A stretch of 63,266 nucleotides of DNA, counting the filler, from Choristocarpus tenellus KU-1152 (Eukaryota > Protista > Phaeophyceae), in the NCBI GenBank assembly GCA_964200185.2. It is 12 parts of 12 records of this genome, joined end to end, with 100 filler letters (N's around TTAATTAATTAA, not from the genome) between each part and the next. Parts side by side here need not be neighbours in the genome. Positions count along the whole stretch, not along the records: positions 24,094 to 36,983 come from CAXNAD020001672.1; positions 37,084 to 39,830 come from CAXNAD020025092.1; 10 more parts are not named here. One strand, given 5' to 3'. The position numbers were made by a program, and so were the translations under genes. Below are positions 26,361 through 39,930 of this stretch, in pieces. The number at the start of each line of letters is the position of its first letter. Position 1 is the stretch's first letter. The notes under the pieces were generated by a model. It saw only the letters and a program-made list of their open reading frames with translations. It did no database searches and was not told the DNA's origin.

Positions 26361-29300
26361 TACACACACACACACACATTGAACACAGACGCACGAGGAG
26401 GGGAGCAAAGCGGGAGATAAACTGTAGTGTAATTCAACAAGTTCACAGAGATAAACTGTAGTGTAATTCAACAAGTTCACAGAGCACTTCATTGTGAGTG
26501 ACCTTGACCCGAACCCTGTCGATCGATGTAAATCAATGTAAATCGATGTAAATCAATGTAAATCAATGAAAATCAATGTAAATCAATGAAAATCAATGAA
26601 AATCAATGAAAATCAATGAAAATCAATGTAAATCAATGAAAATCAATGTAAATCAATGAAAATCAATGTAAATCAATGAAAATCAATGTAAATCAATGTA
26701 AATTCCAACCACAAAGAAATTTCTCGTCTACATGAAACACACCTATGCATAGAGGACATGGCTAATGAAGACCATTATGAGAGGAATTAACACCTGCGCT
26801 GTATTGTATCATGCATCAAATAAGCACCCAAGTATTCAACCAAAATAAACATACTATGTATGCAAAAGCCTGTACCACATCATGCACCGAAAAAAAAGAT
26901 CTTGCATACTATGTATGTTAATAAGAAAAAAGCACATACTATGCATGCAAAAACACACACTGATGATAAATAGAACACTCAACAGAAATAGCACTTTAAA
27001 AAAAAATAATAATAATAATAAAAATAACAAGCATAAAAGGCATTACAAACCCCCATTACATACAGCACCTCACCATAAAAATAATATAAAAAATCACACG
27101 CCTTCTGAGGCGCCTCTCAAAACCCTAACCCTAACCCTAACCCTAACCCTAGCACCACATCACATCATGATACATACAGACAAGGGCAAAAGGACTTTTT
27201 TTTTTACTTTTTTTTTTCAACAACACAACAACAACAACAACAACTGCATCTATGGGGGAAGGAGAGAGTCATCACAACCAAAAATAACAAAAAAAAAACT
27301 TTTTATAAAAAAATAAAAAAAATCTCACCTCGCATTCAACCAAAAAATTTTCACACTTTGAACAAAAAACATCTTCGCACTTGGCACACATCCGTTGGCA
27401 CCCTTCACAGAGGATCACACTGCACAGTTGGCATGACTCCGGACAATTCGGGCAAACAAACTGGGAGTTCCGATTCATGCAAAGGCGTCGTTGAACCGGC
27501 AACCGGTCAAAAAAACAAAAAACAAGCGGGGATGCGTTAAAAAAAAAGAAAAAAAGAGGAAAGTAAACGCCATCGCACACACTAACAATGTTTAAAATAA
27601 CGATAAAAATTACAGGAGCAGTTCAAGAAAAAATAAATAAATATATATATATATATATATATATACTATCAGTAAGTTCAGTGTCGTCAGCAAGTGTAGC
27701 TTGGTAGTTGATCTGTTCGTGACATCTGTTCATGACATCTGTTCATGACATCTGTTCATCACATCTGTTCATCACATCCGCATTGAACATGTCACAAGAT
27801 GGGCATCATCAGTATCATCAGTATCATCGGATATATTCTACCAAACCACAGAAACATGTCCTTGTTTTTTATTCAACAGTCCAGCATTTTCCCAAATGCC
27901 TACAGACTGTTCAAATTGATGCTCAAAAGAGAGGGAAAGAGTAATATTATTTCTACTTAAACCCTAACCCTAACCCTGACGTGCATTGCAAGGGAGTACA
28001 ACTGCAATGGAGAGAGTTAGGGTTTCTTTTAGAGAGATAGGATTGGCTTACAGTCAAAAGAAGCAAAGGCATTAAAAAAAAAAGTAAAATAAATCATTTT
28101 TTTGGAAGGTGTGCTACAAAGGAAAATTAATTGGTCAGAATCATCAACCACATCAACGCCAAAAATGTGGTTGGCTCTAACAATACACTACACGGATTGT
28201 TCACACACTTTACAAGCAGAAGTCGTGATACAAATCTTCAAAAGGATTAATTGACATCAGTTTTCAAATATCATCAAACAAACAAAAAATCATTTTTTTC
28301 ATCGCCCGCCTCTTTATTATAAGCAGAAATAGATTATAACAGCAAATAAATTTCTTTGACAAAACAAATAAATTCTTTCAAGGTGAAAACGCACGTATCA
28401 CGCAGAAATATCGTACGCACACGTGTCTTGAAAAATATATATATATATATATAGTTGAGAGCAAAAATGAAAGTGTTGAGCTGGTCATCCAGATCACAAC
28501 TGGTCTTAGCCTCCTCCGTGAAAACACTCTTCAGACAACCAACACCATAAGACCAAGAACAACCAACACCATAAGACCAAGAACAACCAACACCATAAGA
28601 CCATGAACAACCAACACGCTCTTCCTGCGTTGGAAAACCTCAATAGGATAACGAAAGGCTGTACTGACCTTATCAGAGAGCTAGACGTCACCAACTAACT
28701 AACTCACCAACTAACTCTCTTACAAACGACAAGGAATTAAAGCCGGTGAAGTCAACCTCTTAGATAAACTCAGCAATTTATTTACTTTCACCATATAGGC
28801 GTTTGGTATTCCCACTTTGGTACTGGAGTAGGCCTGCATGGTACATGATAATTACACGATAATTCGATGCTCTACCCTTGTGAACAGGGTTTGCAGCAGG
28901 TACATTAATCTTCGTTGTGCTTTACTGCAACAGTCCAACATCTGATCTAGGTTACTCAGTGCCCATAGAGAAATGGGGGGGGGAGGGAGGGGGCTTGATA
29001 TTTGATGCCAAAAAATGTATCAATTCTTACAAGTCTTACCAACCAAGTCTTACCCACCAAGTCTTGCCAATCAAGTCTTATCAACCAACTCTTACCAACC
29101 AACTCTTACCAATCAAGTCTTACCAACCAAATCTTACCAATCAAGTCTTACCAACCAAGTCTTACCAACCAACTCTTACCAACCAACTCTTACCGATCAA
29201 GTCTTACCAATCAAGTCTTACCAATCAAGTCTTACCAATTAAGTCTTACCAACCAACTCTTACCAACCAACTCTTACCGATCAAGTCTTACCAACCAAGT

Positions 29301-32300
29301 CTTACCAACCAAGTCTTACCAACCAAGTCTTACCAACCAAGTCTTACCAACCAAGTCTTACCAACCAAGTCTTACCAACCAAGTCTTACCAATCAAGTCT
29401 TACCAATCAAGTCTTACCAATTAAGTCTTACCAACCAAGTCTTACCAACCAACTCTTACCGATCAAGTCTTACCAACCAAGTCTTACCAACCAACTCTTA
29501 CCGATCAAGTCTTACCAACCAACTCTTACCAACCAACTCTTACCAACCAAGTCTTACCAATCAAGTCTTATCAACCAAGTCTTACCAACCAACTCCTACC
29601 AATCAAGTCTTACCAACCAACTCTTACCAATCAACTCTTACCAATCAACTCTTACGTAAAGAGCTCCATTCTGGTCACCACTACATATTTTCATCCAAAT
29701 CATCCCTTTGTAACATCTAGTATCATTCTGGTCAGTCATTACACCATGGGTGTTACCTGTTCTTCTCACAAAGACGTATTCTTGCTCTAAGACATGTACA
29801 AAATGGCATGTACAAAACAATGCTGCATGTTCAAGCTCCTGCTGCTACTAAAAAAATAAAACAATAAAAATGAAACCTCAAATATAATGAAAAATAAAAC
29901 AACAGACATTAGGAGTACCTTATGCTCCTCTTAATTCAGACTCATGTGTGACACGCCTTCTACTACTACGGTAAGCAAATAGGGTTAGGGCTAGGTACTT
30001 CCATCCACACTTGGAAATCATGTGATACAATCCACCCTTCACACCATTAGGTCTGTGATTGCAACCCTCCAAAGTAGCCTTCCTTCAACCTGCTATTGTT
30101 GTTAACATGTGAAGAGCGTAAGACTAATCCTCCTGGAATGCCCATTCCATGCTGGAACTCTTGTCAGTGACCTTCTCAAGAGTGACTACAGGGAAACTCT
30201 ACATCCATACAGCTGACAATGAAAAGCAGTCATATGCAATCAAGCCCTTCCTCTTGAATCTCAAACAAACACAGACGTGTATCAGACAGTACTCACACTC
30301 AAACAAGACTCACATCTGTCCAGTATCTGCTTATCCCACACTTCCTCCCCCACCCGACATGCATGGTCTTCAACCTCCAACATCTTTGGAGGGGCACACT
30401 GTGGACCAACCTAGAATATAAATGGTACGCATCTCCCAAAAAGGTCCTCATTTATCACTCACAGTGGGTGTTGGAACTAAAATTCCATCAACAACTTGCT
30501 GCATACATATCTATGTAAAGTACTTCCTACATGAGAGTCAAAGGGTTCCTAATCGTTGTTTACATGAACACACTACTTTTATTCACTTTTCTGTTCCTAA
30601 TCCAGACCTCTTCAACTAATTTCTCCTGCAAACCGGTGAAGGGGTACAATTCTAGGGTTAGGGCAGAGAGAGGGGTGTTCGTGTGTACTTTTTCAATTAT
30701 TTTTCAAATTCAATCCTGTTTTCAATGAAGATTTAGATATATCCTTTAAGTGTACCAATAAGGGTGATTCGCCAACAAACACCGAATGCACTCAAAAAAA
30801 AGTAAAAAACGCCTTCCACAGGTTGAACTTTGCTCCAATAAAAATCATGAGCCAACAAAAAGACTGAGGGATCCTTCAAAGAATTAGCAAGAGCCCCCTC
30901 TTGGATAGGGACGTTATTCAATTACTTCAATTACTTCAACTACGTCAACTCAGAGTCAACCAAAAAGTTCTTTTCATAGCGGTACCCTTAACCCTAACAT
31001 TAATCCTGAAAAATATATATATATATATTTGAGGCGTTTAAATTATTGGTCCCACACCAGAGACTAAACAAATATTATTTTAGTGTTAGGGCATTTCCCA
31101 CCCGATTTCTTACAAATGTTGTTATTGATGTATTACTTGGGGTTGAACACTACTAAATAGTAAAATCTTGCAACCATGATCAAAGCATAAAAAAACGATG
31201 TTTATCTAGTATGGTAACATAGGAAGAGCATAACGTCACCATCAATAGATATTCACCATACTAGATATTCACAAGGTTAACCTTTGAAAGTGAGTGAGAG
31301 ATGCCCTTCTCCTTGAAGAAAACATGATGCCGTTTCCCTCTTTAAACAGGTACAGTACAGTACTCACACAACCACACTGTTAAAATAAAAAAATATTAAC
31401 AATCACAATCTTCATTGATATTAATAATACACAACAAATCTTCAATAACATCAATAAAAATCACAACCTTCAATCATATCAATAATACAACACAATCTTT
31501 AGCAGTATTAATAATAATCACAATCTTCAGAATATCAATAATACACCACAATCTTCAACATTATTGTCAATAATCACAATCTCCAGTAATATCAATAATA
31601 CAACACAATCTTCAACAAAATTAACAACAATCACAATCTTCAAGATAGTCAGATCAACACAAAACGATGTCAGATCAAGCACAACCTCATGACTGCCTCT
31701 ACATCTCACTATCTCTCTATCTCTCTATCTCTCTCTCTATCTATCTATCTTGGTCTCGAGGTCGCAATTGAGATGTCTCTTCAGTCTCACCTTGTGGCAG
31801 CTGCTGCATGGAGCTCCACATGATAAAACCTTCCCAGGAACATGCTCCTTAACTAACACTGCGCTACAGAATGTCCCATTGCATCCAGAACAAATGCCCA
31901 TTGCTGCACAGCTCTCACACTGAACGGCCTGCATCAAGTTACAGTTACAGTTACAGTTACAGTCGACATTCGTGGGAGGAACACAACGGGCATCAAACAC
32001 ACATGAAAGAACACCTTGATTATCGTACACGAGCAGTCATCCTTCAAGTCTTCTCAGGCCCTACAATACCACATGTGTCTCTAGGGCCCCAATGCAAGCT
32101 GTGCAGCAGCACAAACATCAACTCTCCACCGGGGGAGCATCATCTCCTTTTATTTTTATTTTTAGCTGATGAAATATCAGTGTTTTTTTTTATTTTGACT
32201 TCAATATATACTTCAATATATAATGGCCTGAACATGTGTTAATGCCGCACAGAGGTGAAGAGTTCTTCCAAGACTGAGGCTACACAAAAAGAAATTTCCT

Positions 32301-34943
32301 AGCATGTTAGCTGTCCTGCTGCAGCGGTCATCAAACTAGGAGAAAAAACAAACAAAAACAATGGGACATGACACCCACATACCATTCTTAGTATATAACA
32401 AAAAAATGCAGTCTACTTTGAATTCTATTTTCAATTCTACTTTCAATTCTAATTTCAATTCTAATTTCAATTTTTAGGGCAGCGTGAGTGCAACATGTTA
32501 CTGTTCTCTTACCACTACATAAATAACAATAATCATATGCAATAATAGTAGTAATCACAAAAAACAGAGACACAATTAATAGTGTATGTATAAATAGTAA
32601 CAACTAGAAAAATAATAATAGCTACAACAATGGTCAGAGCAAGAAAAAACGCACAAATGAAGGTAGCCCACAGACTGGTCAAATGCCAACCAACGAATGA
32701 TAGAGATGGTTCAATACCTTTCCACCTGAAAGGTGCACAACTGAATCCAATCTCTTCTATAATTTTTTTGCGTACGTTTCAGACAGAACCCACAAATCAA
32801 TATGTGATTACTATTTTTTTTTTCAAGGGAATCATCCCGTGTGAGAGTCAAAAAGATATGGAGGATAAAAGATATAGAGGATACATTCATGGCACCAGAA
32901 GCAAAGAGTCAAAAAGAGTCAACATTGTACATATTAACCCAGGGGAGGGAAACATATTTCACCTACAGGGGATGTATACTGGCCAATGCCAGCTGCAAAA
33001 GGAGATATTGAAACACAGGAACACATTCTTAGGTTTGACTCAATTACTTCATATATAGTTAGGTTTAGGGTGGAGGTAACATCTATGCCCCCCTATACAT
33101 CTCTCCATGTATGGAAAAATACAGTACAATAGGTTTTTTCCCCACAGTGCAGGTGTGGAAGACAGAACACTTAGGGGAGGCATGCTGCATCTAATATGAA
33201 TAAATTATAACTAGATAGGGACATAGCAAACATCGGGTGGTCTCACAAGGGTCTTAATGTATTCCTTCAAAAAAAGTCAAAGTCAATCCCTGAACAGGAC
33301 TTGAGCACACCTGTGGTAGAGTCCTACTACAACACAGGCAAACCAAGGAGCTGTGTGCAGAGATCCATGCACAAAAGGCACCATATATCCCACAACTCAA
33401 GAAATTCATGTCTGTGACTCCACATAATCCATTGAACGTAGGATCAGGCACAAATATGCTTTGACTCTAGTACATGGCTCAGACTGACAAGAAGCTTGTG
33501 CTCAACCCACACGCCCCTTTGGCCAACAACAAACAAAAGCACACCTTGAAATGAGTATTTCCGACACATAGCGAAGACATTATTCTCCACACGAATAGTC
33601 ACTACATTTCGATTTTATATACTAATTGCACAATACCTCTCTGCTCACTACCTGACATGGATACCTGTAAGCCAAAGGGCAGTGATGTCCCAAAGGTGTT
33701 AACACATCCTTATTTTATGCTCTAACTTGATGCCATATTTGCACACACCCCACTCCCCTGATGTTGTCCCAACTCTCTAATTTTCCTTGCCGAAAAGTGC
33801 TGGTGCGAAGGTACAACCAGAATAGTACAGGACTGCACGTTTGAGTTCGGGAAGGAGCACATGTTGTGTGAAGTACATAGGTGTGCTACATTAACAATCC
33901 ATACCTTGCCAATAAACCGTACAGTAACAAGTACTTGAAGTGAAAGAAAATCACTCCATCAACAACAGCAAGGTCAGACCAGTATGTCAATGTTGGCATA
34001 TTATTAAAGCGGCAACGAAGATGATTCCCAAAGCATCATGACACAGTACCCAATGAGATGTTAAGAGGAAATTTAGAGGGTGTACTTGAGAGGAGTGTCA
34101 CACCACAAGACCCACCATTTAGTAGTCTGTCCCTTGTAAACTTGTACGGTGCACTAATTCTAGGACTCTTAAGATCAAGCACTGACAACGGCCTGTCGTC
34201 AACACATAACGCGCCATCTCACCTTACAATCGCTGTCATCACAGAAGTTGAACACTCTGCACTCATCACAGAACGTTTCTTCGCAAACTTCGCACTCGTG
34301 GATCCCCCCCCCATCAGCGCCTTCTGTGGAACACGAATCGCACACAAACATCTGCCATTTTGGTGTCAAATAAAGCGAGATCTTAGATACATACTAATCA
34401 TGTTCACAGAGAAGCAAGGAGGAGATGTTCGTTACCACCAGACCGGACTTAGGCACCAAGAACGGCTTATAAGATTAGTTGCATTAGAAGCAGAGAGTTT
34501 GTAGGATCGAAATATGGCATCTCCAAGACTCTCTTGCCAATATCATCCCACGATAGTACAAGTCCCATGTGCAACCCACAATAAGCTGAAACCTCCATAT
34601 ATGTGACACTTGTGGCTCTTGGCTATCCTCTCGATCTTATTGTCTACAACGCTAAACTCTCACCTCTCTACCGTCCCAAAAAATCCACTCATATTGAGAC
34701 CTACAAGTCCTACCAATGAAAGCACCATATCCATTAACAGGATAGCGCAAAGCTGAGGAACAGGATGAGAAGGGAAATATGAAAGTGCTCGAATTTAGAG
34801 ATGCACACCTGGCATAGACTGCATTGCGATGCGGGCTTGGTTGCCTTGCTGCAACTCCGACACTTTTTTCTGTTCGTAGGAGGGTTGTTCAGAAACCCCC
34901 CTCGAAGACCCCCAGGTGTAACCTGTCTTCTCTTTCCATTCAT
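24536..34943 (-). CDS. Cysteine-rich multi-CxxC (putative zinc-binding) protein, ~391 aa. Exons 34943-34809, 34351-34223, 31928-31791, 27460-27329, 26240-25944, 25064-24752, 24567-24536
   Basis: Seven exons with GT-AG introns join into one 1176-nt open frame from ATG to TAA: KCRSC..CSLCQ|MFVCDSC..CEVCEETFCDEC..|AVQCESC..CSGC..CSSCHK|FVCPNC..CQLC..CEGC..CAKC..CSKC..CE|FCDKWYCLIC..CKKC, then a K8 tract, a Pro/Ala linker and a short helical C-terminus. Confidence 0.75.
25107..25364. repeat. Intronic minisatellite, ~55-bp unit x ~5
   Basis: catgaagagtgtgtacagaactaaaccttcatagtatgtgtgtgtaacagtatac recurs at 25107, 25162, 25217 and beyond. Confidence 0.9.
25864..25888. repeat. Interstitial telomere-like repeat (CCCTAA)4; further runs at 27121-27150, 27961-27978 and many 2-unit copies
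   Basis: Direct reading of ccctaa/ttaggg arrays. Confidence 0.9.
26521..26703. repeat. 10-bp minisatellite (aatcaatgWa) x ~18
   Basis: Direct reading. Confidence 0.95.
28535..28616. repeat. 27-bp tandem repeat x3
   Basis: acaaccaacaccataagaccaaga repeats. Confidence 0.85.
29025..29655. repeat. 14-bp minisatellite (tcttaccaaYcaaS) x ~45
   Basis: Direct reading; explains the repetitive SYQPSLTNQVLPTK ORFs in all three + frames. Confidence 0.97.
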
Positions 34944-36003
34944 CGTAGGCTAGCTACTTTTTTCCCAGCAAGTAGAGGCCTCTGGGTGCACCTGCTATGA
35001 TCCAGCTCTGCCTTATATCCTGATGTGCCACATTGACAGAAGAAGAGTAAACAAGGCTAACAGACCACAATGGACATAATCGACAATAAGAACTTGTGGA
35101 CAATGATTCTACATTTAATCATTAAGTTATCCAAGCATGCTGCGCGCCCCCCCATCAACACCATCAAAGCCTTACCGGAGAAAGGGACTGCAGCTAAGAT
35201 TTCACAGGCTGCGGGAAAGTGATAACCTTTTGATCCTGCAACTTCGTAGTGTGAGTTAGGTTGTGTGACAAGGTCACAGTTGAGAATATGCCCCTGTCAT
35301 AAACTCACTTCATCGTATCAATCTCCATCAAAAGAAACAATTTCCTAAATCCATAACACTCTAGTATTATAACCTCTTCGTATCAACGTATCAACCTAGA
35401 ATGTCGTTGCAATATGTTCCTTTTCACGTTGCTTCCTCCTCATGGTTCGTTGCATCACCCATACAAGAACGTTAGAATGTTTGAATAAATGTGAGTGGTT
35501 ATAACACTAGATAAAAAAAAACTGTAGTAGTTGTACATCCTGTTCTCTATTCTCATCGCCACAACCTCAACACAACCGATGACAACGACTATTCTTGTTT
35601 TCGTGATAACACGAAAAATTAGTTTGAAAAAATATATATATACATTTTATTGAACTTTATTCAGCGTATGAAATTGCGAAATTGAAATTTGAGTGATCTT
35701 TTATACAGTTCAATAAAAATGTCAGATTTTAGATTCATAACAGTTACCTCAACATATATATTAATTAGAATAATCAAACATAGAAGCTTCCATACTTTCT
35801 TAGCTTTAGGGTTAGGGTTCTGGAGCTTCTTTTCCTTGTACTTTTTGTGATCATAAATTATTTATAGAGGGAACTGTATTGGCAACAGAACGTATTTTCT
35901 ACTAGAACAAATATGAAACCACAAATGCATTACCCACAGACTAATTTGTTTTAACCTTAACACCTCTGGATGAGTTTTGGATACTTCAGTAACCAAGAAA
36001 AAG

Positions 36004-36290
36004 TTATCTGGATGAGTTGGCTACACACGCAGTAAAGGAGAGAGGGGCTGCTGGAGGATACACCAGGAAAGAAGCTGTCAAATCCCGTTTACGACAGAGA
36101 ATGTCTGTCACAACACAAGTGGCTCTATCAAAATGTTTAATGCGTTTTAGGCTGTAGACACCAGGGAGACGGGCGAGGAGGGGCCTGTCAGATTCTTGGG
36201 ATGCTTCCCTAGCTCCTCGCCCTGTTGTGTAGGGCAAAGCTAGGTTGGAGGCATAGTTGGGGAGTGGTGCAGTATAGCCAATATTCAAAT
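36004..36290 (+). mobile_element. Probable 3' end of a 5'-truncated non-LTR retrotransposon (RLE/CRE-like)
   Basis: GC-rich island translating as LDELATHAVKERGAAGGYTRKEAVKSRLRQRMSVTTQVALSKCLMRFRL*, resembling the C-terminal helix after the restriction-like endonuclease (recalled pattern, not searched). Confidence 0.4.
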
Positions 36291-37168
36291 AGAAACAGAT
36301 TATGGAGAGATACCCCTCACATTTACGACAAGTAGTGCTGTTTTTTTAGGAGGTCCTTGTGATATTGGTTGACTTTTCCGTGACATATCTCCAAAATGTC
36401 AGAGCGCGTAATCATTTATAAAATATCACGTGAGATCCCCATACATTTTACCTTGACTACGATCATGTTCATTGTAGGATATGCTTCATTTTAAAACATA
36501 CAGTACTCATCTTTTGTGTCCATGTTACGATACAGAATTACCAGTTCATACTGACTGTTGATTTGCGCATCGGTAGCGGTCACTACTCACATTTTTTCAT
36601 CATTGGGACCTCATTATAGCATCATCAACTACTATCAGAACATCATGGTGTATACCAAATATGGAACAGTCGACATCTGTCAAACATACAAACATAGTAT
36701 GTGCCATATATGAGTTGTACCAGATATTGGTTCAAGTTTATTTGTTTTTTGATATTCACATCATTATCGTCAGTTGTATCTCACATGTTTATTATTTTTT
36801 CTCTGAATGACTTTGTCCCCACCTAGACGTTTCGCTCTGTACTAAGTGCACCTCACGCATAACTGAATGAAATATATTCAGAGTTTAAACATCCACAAAA
36901 CTCCTCTTCACAGGGTAAGGAGCCTCTACACACAGCATGAATCTCCTCCAAAGTATCTGGGGGGGGGGAAGGTTTGTGAGGGGNNNNNNNNNNNNNNNNN
37001 NNNNNNNNNNNNNNNNNNNNNNNNNNNTTAATTAATTAANNNNNNNNNNNNNNNNNNNNNNNNNNNNNNNNNNNNNNNNNNNNATGCAATCAAATAACCC
37101 AAAAATCGCGACATAAAAAAATTGACCCCAAATGGACAGCCCCCACCCCCTCCCAGATACTTTGAGCC

Positions 37169-38040
37169 TGTTGCGGCCTCTTTATTTGGAACAGAACTCA
37201 GCACAACAAAATGAGCGAGGGGATCAAAGGCAGACAACACATACGAGCACATCACACCATTTGCTGCTTAGGAACATGTTTTGTACTCTACCAAATCAAT
37301 AGAAACACGTTGAGATGGTCTGTCAACGGTAATATGGCCAGTGAGAAGCGTACCTTTGCTACGAGCAGTCTTAATCGCTTGGCAATCTCAACACCATGTA
37401 CGAACGTCGATATTGAATGTTGGCTACCAATACGAGTCTCTAACCTTATCGAATGTGGGTTTGAAACCTAAGCGGCCTTCAGACAATGACGGTCATGGCA
37501 ACCATGGAGTACAAGACGAACTAAAGAGCGAGGAACGACCAACCGGTCTATAAACGGGCTCCTCTTACGAAGATGGAGACTGGTAAATACGAACGATACA
37601 AGAAGTCATTATGAAGGAAAAAAATACGACGTAGACATTTTCGTTTCCTTGTGAGGTGATGGGGCGACGTTGGGGGCCTGGCAATATCTGAAATATGGTT
37701 CGAACTCGAATTCCTGATCCTTTCGCAATTGCTCCTGGTCCTCTCCAGGAAACACAGTAGTGGAGCTGGTAAATAGTTCACTTATCACTTTGGACAGGCG
37801 TTGCTCTTGCCAATTGCACTGAAGGCCTCCAGAACACTATTATCAAGCAGTATTTTATTGGGACCAAGTTGGGGTATTGCTCCACTTCTCTCCAGAGACA
37901 TTGGTTCTCTCGTTGGGATGGGATGAAGTCTGAACGAGGAAACAGCATGAGAGGGGGTGACCGTGCCAATGACAAAAAAACTTCTGGACATCTTTCCATG
38001 ACGTTCGAGGGGGTAGTTTAACAGGGTTGTCAGTCATGGC
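37169..38040 (-). pseudogene. Ty3/gypsy pol remnant (end of RNase H, integrase zinc-binding and core N-terminus)
   Basis: FFLHNDFLYRSYLP; RLVVPRSLVRLVLHGCHD..GFKPTFDKVRDSYW*P..DVRTWC*DC; RPSQRVSIDLVEY..YVLSAFDPLAHFVVLSSVPNKEAAT; in-frame stops. Confidence 0.85.
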
Positions 38041-38262
38041 ACAACTGGAATCTGTGGAAATAAATTATTTGTTGAACCCCATTCTATTTATATCATTGTG
38101 GTCTGTAACATTCTATCCTATATTGTGTCAACACCAAAAAAATATATATTTTGAGGGTTCCTTGAAGAATTTTTGGGAAAATTTCTACACAACCAGAAGG
38201 GGATAGAGGATCCTACTGACCAGAATGCAGAGTGATTGGGACATGACATTTAGAGAAAAGAA

Positions 38263-38521
38263 GAGTCAAAATATCTTAGAGGGTAGGGCCACGTCCATTC
38301 GGGGGTCGAAATCCAATGTTGTGATTTCCATGTAATTTTATCCGTCGTATTTGTTAGGATGTGTCAATATCCTTGTTCCGGACACACCATTTCATAACAT
38401 ATACATATTACCTACTCTGAAACATTTCGGATTAGGAAAAATATCACAAAAACCCCATGGGAAGCCAAGCCCCAAATGGACAAACAGGGCAAAACTCGTA
38501 CCCTCCAAGATACTTTCACTC
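38263..38521 (-). mobile_element. MITE family A, full copy nested in the gypsy remnant
   Basis: Both TIRs present; 4-bp flanking direct repeat agaa/agaa. Confidence 0.9.
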
Positions 38522-39197
38522 AGAAGTGGTAAATCTTCTTCTCCAGAACCTATGACCGTCAGACCAGTCAGGATTTCCGAAGTGAAATATCCAAAACGAC
38601 TCCCTTCTGACGGTCGTGGTTGTGGGTGCGAAACATCACTACTCTGTTCAACAAGTGCTACTTGATACCTCGAACTTGAAGTTCCAACAGATCCTGAAGC
38701 CATTTTGGCGGCATAGTGTTTGTTCTCGTGCATTCGTTCACGTGGTGCGCAATGAACGCTGGAACAGCATTGCAGAACTGAGCCTGAGAAATGCCCCCGT
38801 CACAAGTAGTGGAACTTGGAGGAGAGACAAGATCGTCCTTGAAAAGGGCACGGCGAGTGTCACGGTCGCCCGAGCTGACACGATGCTCAAACGTTGATGG
38901 CACGGTTCCTGCACGGCCACGACGATCTGTTGGGGAAGAAATGGAGGAACCTCGTCTATGATCGGCATCTGTTGAATTATTAGACGAGATAGACCTATTA
39001 CTGGACGAGCCGGAATCATGGTTTGCTGAGGATTCCATGTCCTCTACTGACTCGTGCTCATAATCTGTTCCTCTGGTTCTCTTGCTTCCTCCAAGTGTTG
39101 ATCCAGGCCCTCTTGTTAATGACGTTTCCTTCTTGATCTTGCGTTTGGCATGTTTGGTCAGTGGTCAAACAAAAAATTGCCCGTCACCCTATCTCTG

Positions 39198-39560
39198 AGT
39201 TCACCAGTGTCGCCAATATGAATAGTGTGATTCTGTGGCAGCTTGGTTCACTCAGGCAAGGGTGGTGAAGAGAATCACTGGGCAAGACGGACTAGACGGG
39301 CGAAGACGAACCGTAGGGGAGAGGACGAGGTTAAGGTTGGACAAGTCCAAGACCCCAAGGATCTGCAGGAAATTGTGGAGTGATGAGAATTTTAGGAAAG
39401 GGGGATCATCACAAAGTGAAGACATGAGAACAAAGAGAATCCTTTGATGTGTGATATCTCTGGCTGAAGACATGTCCACTACTTGTGGGATTGATATCTT
39501 GAAAGATTCCACACCTTAATTATTCGCACGACCCTCCACTGGAATCGGGAATTCCTGACA
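39198..39560 (-). mobile_element. Putative 5' LTR (~39560-39219) and primer-binding site (39215-39198) of the gypsy element
   Basis: Minus strand reads TGTCAGGA...CA, 3-nt spacer, TGGCGACACTGGTGAACT, upstream of the gag/pol remnants. The second LTR is not in the window. Confidence 0.45.
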
Positions 39561-39930
39561 CGGAAACTCAATCGGTATTATATGACATACGGCAATAACG
39601 GTTAGAAGAACAGACAGACCTTCTTTCCACATTTAATGTAAATAAAAATATGTGGATGTGTTACTTCCTGATGTGTTCATTCACTACTGTAGGGATTTTT
39701 CAGAGATATAACAGTGGATTTTAATAATTGAGGATGGAGCGTACTATTGAGGATGGGTTGACCGAAAAAAAAAAAAAAAAAGTACCGATATGTTTTTTTT
39801 TGTAAATGTTGCGGCACTTTTTAAGGGCCCNNNNNNNNNNNNNNNNNNNNNNNNNNNNNNNNNNNNNNNNNNNNTTAATTAATTAANNNNNNNNNNNNNN
39901 NNNNNNNNNNNNNNNNNNNNNNNNNNNNNN

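Noticed and set aside
28917-29720. 267-aa repetitive ORF (SYQPSLTNQVLPTK)
   Set aside because: By-product of a 14-bp minisatellite open in several frames, lying antisense in an intron.
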